Assembly: GCA_963837955.1 (NCBI GenBank) | Contig: CAWIPH010000002.1 | Location: forward strand, 1,216,001-1,280,000 | Length of the DNA stretch: 64,000 bases | Reading direction: 5' to 3' | Source: an uncultured Verrucomicrobiae bacterium | GTDB taxonomy: Bacteria > Verrucomicrobiota > Verrucomicrobiia > Chthoniobacterales > JAFAMB01 | In this document: in pieces, positions 60,293 through 64,000 of the stretch | How the letters are laid out: each line of letters begins with the position of its first letter | Position numbering within the stretch: position 1 is the stretch's first letter | The notes under the pieces: generated by a model | What the model was told of the DNA's origin: nothing | Seen by the model: the letters and a program-made list of their open reading frames with translations, nothing else | Database searches by the model: none | Made by a program: the position numbers and the translations under genes

Positions 60293-60991
60293 ATGGCGGA
60301 AGAGCTCTTAGCGGCATTGGGAATCATCACCCGAAGATCGGACGAAGCCGACTTTGGTGGTCTTGAATTTACCTACCGATTTCAGAAATCTCGATTCTAC
60401 GAGCTGGTCGGACCTGAGCAGGGTGGAAAACATCTGGCCCTACAGCTTCTCGGCCTCAGGTTGGAGCCGGCCAGCGGGGAAATCCAGCTAGATGGTCAAA
60501 AGGTGACCGGCTTGGGGAGTGAGGTTCTAAGCGAAATTCGGAATCAAAAATTTGGGTTCCTGTTTGCCGCGCCCTTTCTTTTGCCCTCATTTAGCGTTCT
60601 GGAGAACGTCGCAATGCCGCTCTTCAAAATAGCTCAAGTAGACGCGAGAGAAGCCAAGCGAATTACCGAAGAGATTCTGGACCTGATTGGAATCATGTCG
60701 ATCGTCGAGATCAAGGCGGCGGAGTTGCCGCCTTTGGAGCAGACCTTGACGGCCCTCGCGCGGGCTATCGTGCATCACCCGCGGCTGTTAATCGTGGAGG
60801 AGCTAGGTCAAAATCTCGATGCCGGTTCAGCTGACTATTTGCAGCGGATTATTCGTCGAATTCCGGAACATCTTGGGATCGCGGTGATCGCGACACGCGC
60901 GTCCCACGTTCCAGCCCAGGTCGCCGATGTCGTGTTGGAATTCGATGGTGGAAGATTAAAAGAATCGGTGGAACAGAGTCGAGACGGATGA
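60293..60991 (+). CDS. LolD-like ABC ATP-binding protein, degenerate motifs
   Basis: GEIQLDG, IRNQKFGFLF, SVLENVAMPL, ALARAIV; Walker A reads GPEQGGKH. Confidence 0.75.
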   Translation: MAEELLAALGIITRRSDEADFGGLEFTYRFQKSRFYELVGPEQGGKHLALQLLGLRLEPASGEIQLDGQKVTGLGSEVLSEIRNQKFGFLFAAPFLLPSFSVLENVAMPLFKIAQVDAREAKRITEEILDLIGIMSIVEIKAAELPPLEQTLTALARAIVHHPRLLIVEELGQNLDAGSADYLQRIIRRIPEHLGIAVIATRASHVPAQVADVVLEFDGGRLKESVEQSRDG

Positions 60992-61820
60992 GTTCAACCG
61001 CCCAAATTACCAAGAAAAGCCGTTCCAATCTTGCTTTCGCCTTTCTTACACTCCCCCCGAAAAAAGGCGCGATATCAGTACCTTCTATGCGTTTTGTCGA
61101 AAAGTTGACGATGCCGCGGACGACCCGGGAATTGCGCTCGAAAAGAGGAGGGCGTGGCTGCAGAATTGTCGAAAATGGCTTCGAATAAGAACTGCTGATG
61201 AGCCGCCATTTGCGGAAGAAGTGCGAGCACTGATCGCCAAATATCAGATCTCTCTTGGGTTGTTCGAGGACATCTTGAGCGGGGTAGAGTCTGACCTTGA
61301 GGCGGTTCGGTACCCGACCTTTGCCGGGCTTTCCGAGTATTGCTATCGCGTTGCCAGCGCAGTTGGCCTAGTAAGCATTGAGATTTTTGGCTATCGGAAT
61401 CCGCGTTGCCGCGACTATGCCTACCAACTCGGGATCGCTCTGCAACTCACGAACATTATCCGGGATGTAGAAAGCGACTTTCGAAACGGGCGTCGCATTT
61501 ATCTGCCGCTGGACGAAATGGCGCGGTTCGGATACTCCCCCGGGGCCTTGGAGCGACAGGAATACGATGAACGGTTCATTCAACTGATGGAATTTCAAGC
61601 AACCAGGGCGAAAGAGTATTTTGCGAAGGCGAGGGTGGCACTGCCTCGGGAGGATCGTGGCTCGATGGTGGCAGCAGAAGCAATGGGAACAATCTATTTC
61701 GCCTTATTGCGGAAGATGGAGAAAGACCGATTCAGGATGTTCTGGCGGAAGTACCGATTAAACCGGCTCGAGAAGCTTTTTTTCCTAGCGCGGCAATTTG
61801 TCTCGCCTTTTGCGCGGTGA
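60988..61820 (+). pseudogene. hpnD: Squalene/phytoene synthase (HpnD-like), frameshifted near 61052-61066
   Basis: SRSNLAFAF in the first frame; FYAFCRKVDDAADD, YCYRVASAVG and LQLTNIIRDV in the -1 frame. Confidence 0.75.
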
Positions 61821-61885
61821 GTGGTTACTTGTGTCAAGCGGATTCGTCAAACAGCTTGGCGAATTTCTTAGAATAGGAGTCTGTC

Positions 61886-62182
61886 ATGAAAAAATTGGCT
61901 GCTGCCGCTTTAGCGGTGTTAGCGTTTTGTGGGCTCTTTGCCGCAGTTGCGTCTGCCCAAGTCGGCGCAAGTACTCCGATAGGTGCCTTTATCGTACACC
62001 TGATTGATAGGGAGATCATCTATTTGGAGCCACCGGCTAGGTATCCCTACGCTGAAAAAACCCACGATCCGTCGATCGTCATTAGTCCTTACTATCCGCA
62101 CAACCGTGTAGTCGTTCGCGGTATTCAGAGCGGCTATCTAGTAATGGATCCGTCGGTCGGCAAGGCGTTTATCCGACCTTAA
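61886..62182 (+). CDS. Small secreted hypothetical protein
   Basis: Signal peptide MKKLAAAALAVL...ASA; VISPYYP...DPSVGKAFIRP. Confidence 0.65.
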   Translation: MKKLAAAALAVLAFCGLFAAVASAQVGASTPIGAFIVHLIDREIIYLEPPARYPYAEKTHDPSIVISPYYPHNRVVVRGIQSGYLVMDPSVGKAFIRP

Positions 62183-62427
62183 CGATTCGAATAGGGCTGC
62201 GCGGAGCCTTTAGCGTCCGCGCAATAAAATTGGCACCGGACTCTACCCTCCGGCCGGTGGCAACTCGTTGTAGCGGTGACCATCCTCGATAGCGATCGGG
62301 CGCGGAATTGGTGTTCCAACTCCGAAGGGCGCTCCGGATGCTCCTTGGCCCGTCGGAAGCGACGCGCCTTCTGTCTTTACGATATCTCAACGCGCTTCGG
62401 TGGGATCAACCCGGTGTTCGCCATGGT

Positions 62428-63810
62428 TTACCCAAATAGCCAACGGCAGACCATGACGGCAGCGATGACTCCGACCAGATCAGCCAATAATCCCGCCGGA
62501 ATAGAATGGCGTGTCCGGGTGATTCCGACAGACCCGAAGTAAACGGCCACGACGTAGAATGTGGTCTCGGCGCTTCCGTAAATGGTCGCTGCCATGTAGC
62601 TCAATAGATTATCCGGGCCGAACTGTTTGACCAGATCTCCTAAGATCGCGATGGAACCGCTGCCGCTGAGCGGCCGCATCATGATCATCGGTAGCAGATC
62701 AGTCGGAATCTGGACGGCGTTGAGCAGAGGAGCCAATCCAGTTTTTAGCAAGTCGAGGGCTCCCGATTCGCGAAAGACCCCGATCGCCACCAGCATCCCG
62801 ACCAGGTAAGGAATGATCCGGATTGCCACCTGAAAACCTTCTTTGGCGCCCTCGACAAACTCAGAATAAACGGAGATCCCTTTTCCGAGTGCGTACAGGG
62901 GGAAGAAAGCCAGGAGAAATGGAATGGCCAACGGCGAGAGCGCCCGAAGAAATATCGCGATGGCGTCCAGAAACCCGGTCGGCCAATTCACCGAATTGGC
63001 TGGGTTCCCAGGAATACTGAAATTCGGGAACCAGCTATTGATGAGATACGGAAACGCGCGCAGCGCGAGCGTCACCGCAAAAAGAGCGACCAAGAGGCTG
63101 ATGGCAATGATAGCCCATCCTCGCAGCCTAGGAATACTAGCTGCTCCGGCTGCTGCGACCGAACTGCCTTGGCTATTCTCTGCAGGTAAATCTTGGGCGG
63201 GAGCGACATCGGGTTGGCGTTCCCATCGAAAAGGTCCGACGCGCTCAAGGAGCTTCACAAAGAAGATTGCGGCTAGTGTCGCGATGCCAGTAGCGATAAG
63301 GGTTGACCCGACGATCGCGGTCGGGTTCTTGCTTCCGTTGATAGCGAGGACATTGATGGCGGTTGCCGGAATCAATTGAATAGAACTGGTATTGAGCGCC
63401 AGGAACGTGCACATCGCGTTTGTCGCGACCCCCTTCCTTTGATTTAAATCATTGAGATGTGCCATCGCCTTCAACCCGAGCGGGGTCGCGGCGTTGCTAA
63501 CGCCCAGCATGTTCGCGGAGATGTTCATCATCATCGCCCCCATCGCGGGATGATCGGCTGGAATTTCCGGAAAGAGTCGGCCCATGACGGGTCGGATGAT
63601 GCGACCAAGCATTTGAACTAGCCCGGCGCGCTCGGCCAGACGCATCATCCCAAGCCAGAGAGCCATCACTCCGACCAGGGGGAGAGCGATGTCCATCACT
63701 GCGGACTTTGCGGCATTCAGCGCTCCTTGATTTAGAGCGTCAAACCTGCCAGTGAACGCGGCACAAAGTACACCAGCCAGCAAAAGCGCCACCCAGACCA
63801 GATTGAGCAT
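62428..63810 (-). CDS. SpmA/SpmB fusion (nucleoside-recognition Gate domain) membrane protein
   Basis: ANMLGVSNAATPLGLKAM, FVEGAKEG, RPLSGSGS, ETTFYVVAVYFG. Confidence 0.9.
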   Translation of the reverse strand: MLNLVWVALLLAGVLCAAFTGRFDALNQGALNAAKSAVMDIALPLVGVMALWLGMMRLAERAGLVQMLGRIIRPVMGRLFPEIPADHPAMGAMMMNISANMLGVSNAATPLGLKAMAHLNDLNQRKGVATNAMCTFLALNTSSIQLIPATAINVLAINGSKNPTAIVGSTLIATGIATLAAIFFVKLLERVGPFRWERQPDVAPAQDLPAENSQGSSVAAAGAASIPRLRGWAIIAISLLVALFAVTLALRAFPYLINSWFPNFSIPGNPANSVNWPTGFLDAIAIFLRALSPLAIPFLLAFFPLYALGKGISVYSEFVEGAKEGFQVAIRIIPYLVGMLVAIGVFRESGALDLLKTGLAPLLNAVQIPTDLLPMIMMRPLSGSGSIAILGDLVKQFGPDNLLSYMAATIYGSAETTFYVVAVYFGSVGITRTRHSIPAGLLADLVGVIAAVMVCRWLFG

Positions 63811-64000
63811 GATGGCAGATCAAAGAACAAATCACCTCTCTGAGTCGACAAAATCCGGACAGCGGCTGGCTTTCTCTCGCTTTCTCTGCAGAGTGTTCAA
63901 TCGACGGATCTAGCGGTCGACGCGGGTTACATCTACGAAACGGCCTCAAGGGGGGTGGCCTGAACCTACAATAATACCAAACACCTATGCAGATTGGAAT

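Overview
64-kb chromosomal window from a bacterium that is probably Verrucomicrobiota (inferred from a TGTTC-N4-GAACA LexA-type box and the gene content). It is mostly housekeeping and respiratory DNA: pyrR-pyrB with a PyrR-binding RNA loop, mrp/apbC, an imuA-imuB-dnaE2 mutagenesis cassette, a joint cytochrome bc / caa3-type oxidase cluster with a CtaG-polyferredoxin fusion, hisI-trpE-trpG, a LytS/LytTR pair with two Spy/CpxP genes, kynU-kynB, a GT4-GH130 pair, glutamine synthetase III, tRNA-Phe, nuoBC and lepA-lepB. The standout is two apparently identical 1,753-bp IS110-family elements (3244-4996 minus, 6891-8643 plus). Each is inserted at the same AG/CT core inside the hairpin of a REP/REPIN-like palindromic repeat, and empty target copies are present in the window. 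Their 293-nt structured non-coding end carries two guide-like segments in a repeated scaffold, one matching the target site and one matching the donor end, so it is a candidate bridge-RNA-guided recombinase aimed at a host repeat family. Other points: a tRNA-Phe att-like direct repeat around a GS-III islet, a Doc/Fic toxin lacking the catalytic His with a tiny antitoxin, candidate Rex, LexA, LytTR and CGNR operators, several palindromic and tandem repeat families, and a frameshifted hpnD-like gene. All calls come from reading motifs by eye; no database searches were run.
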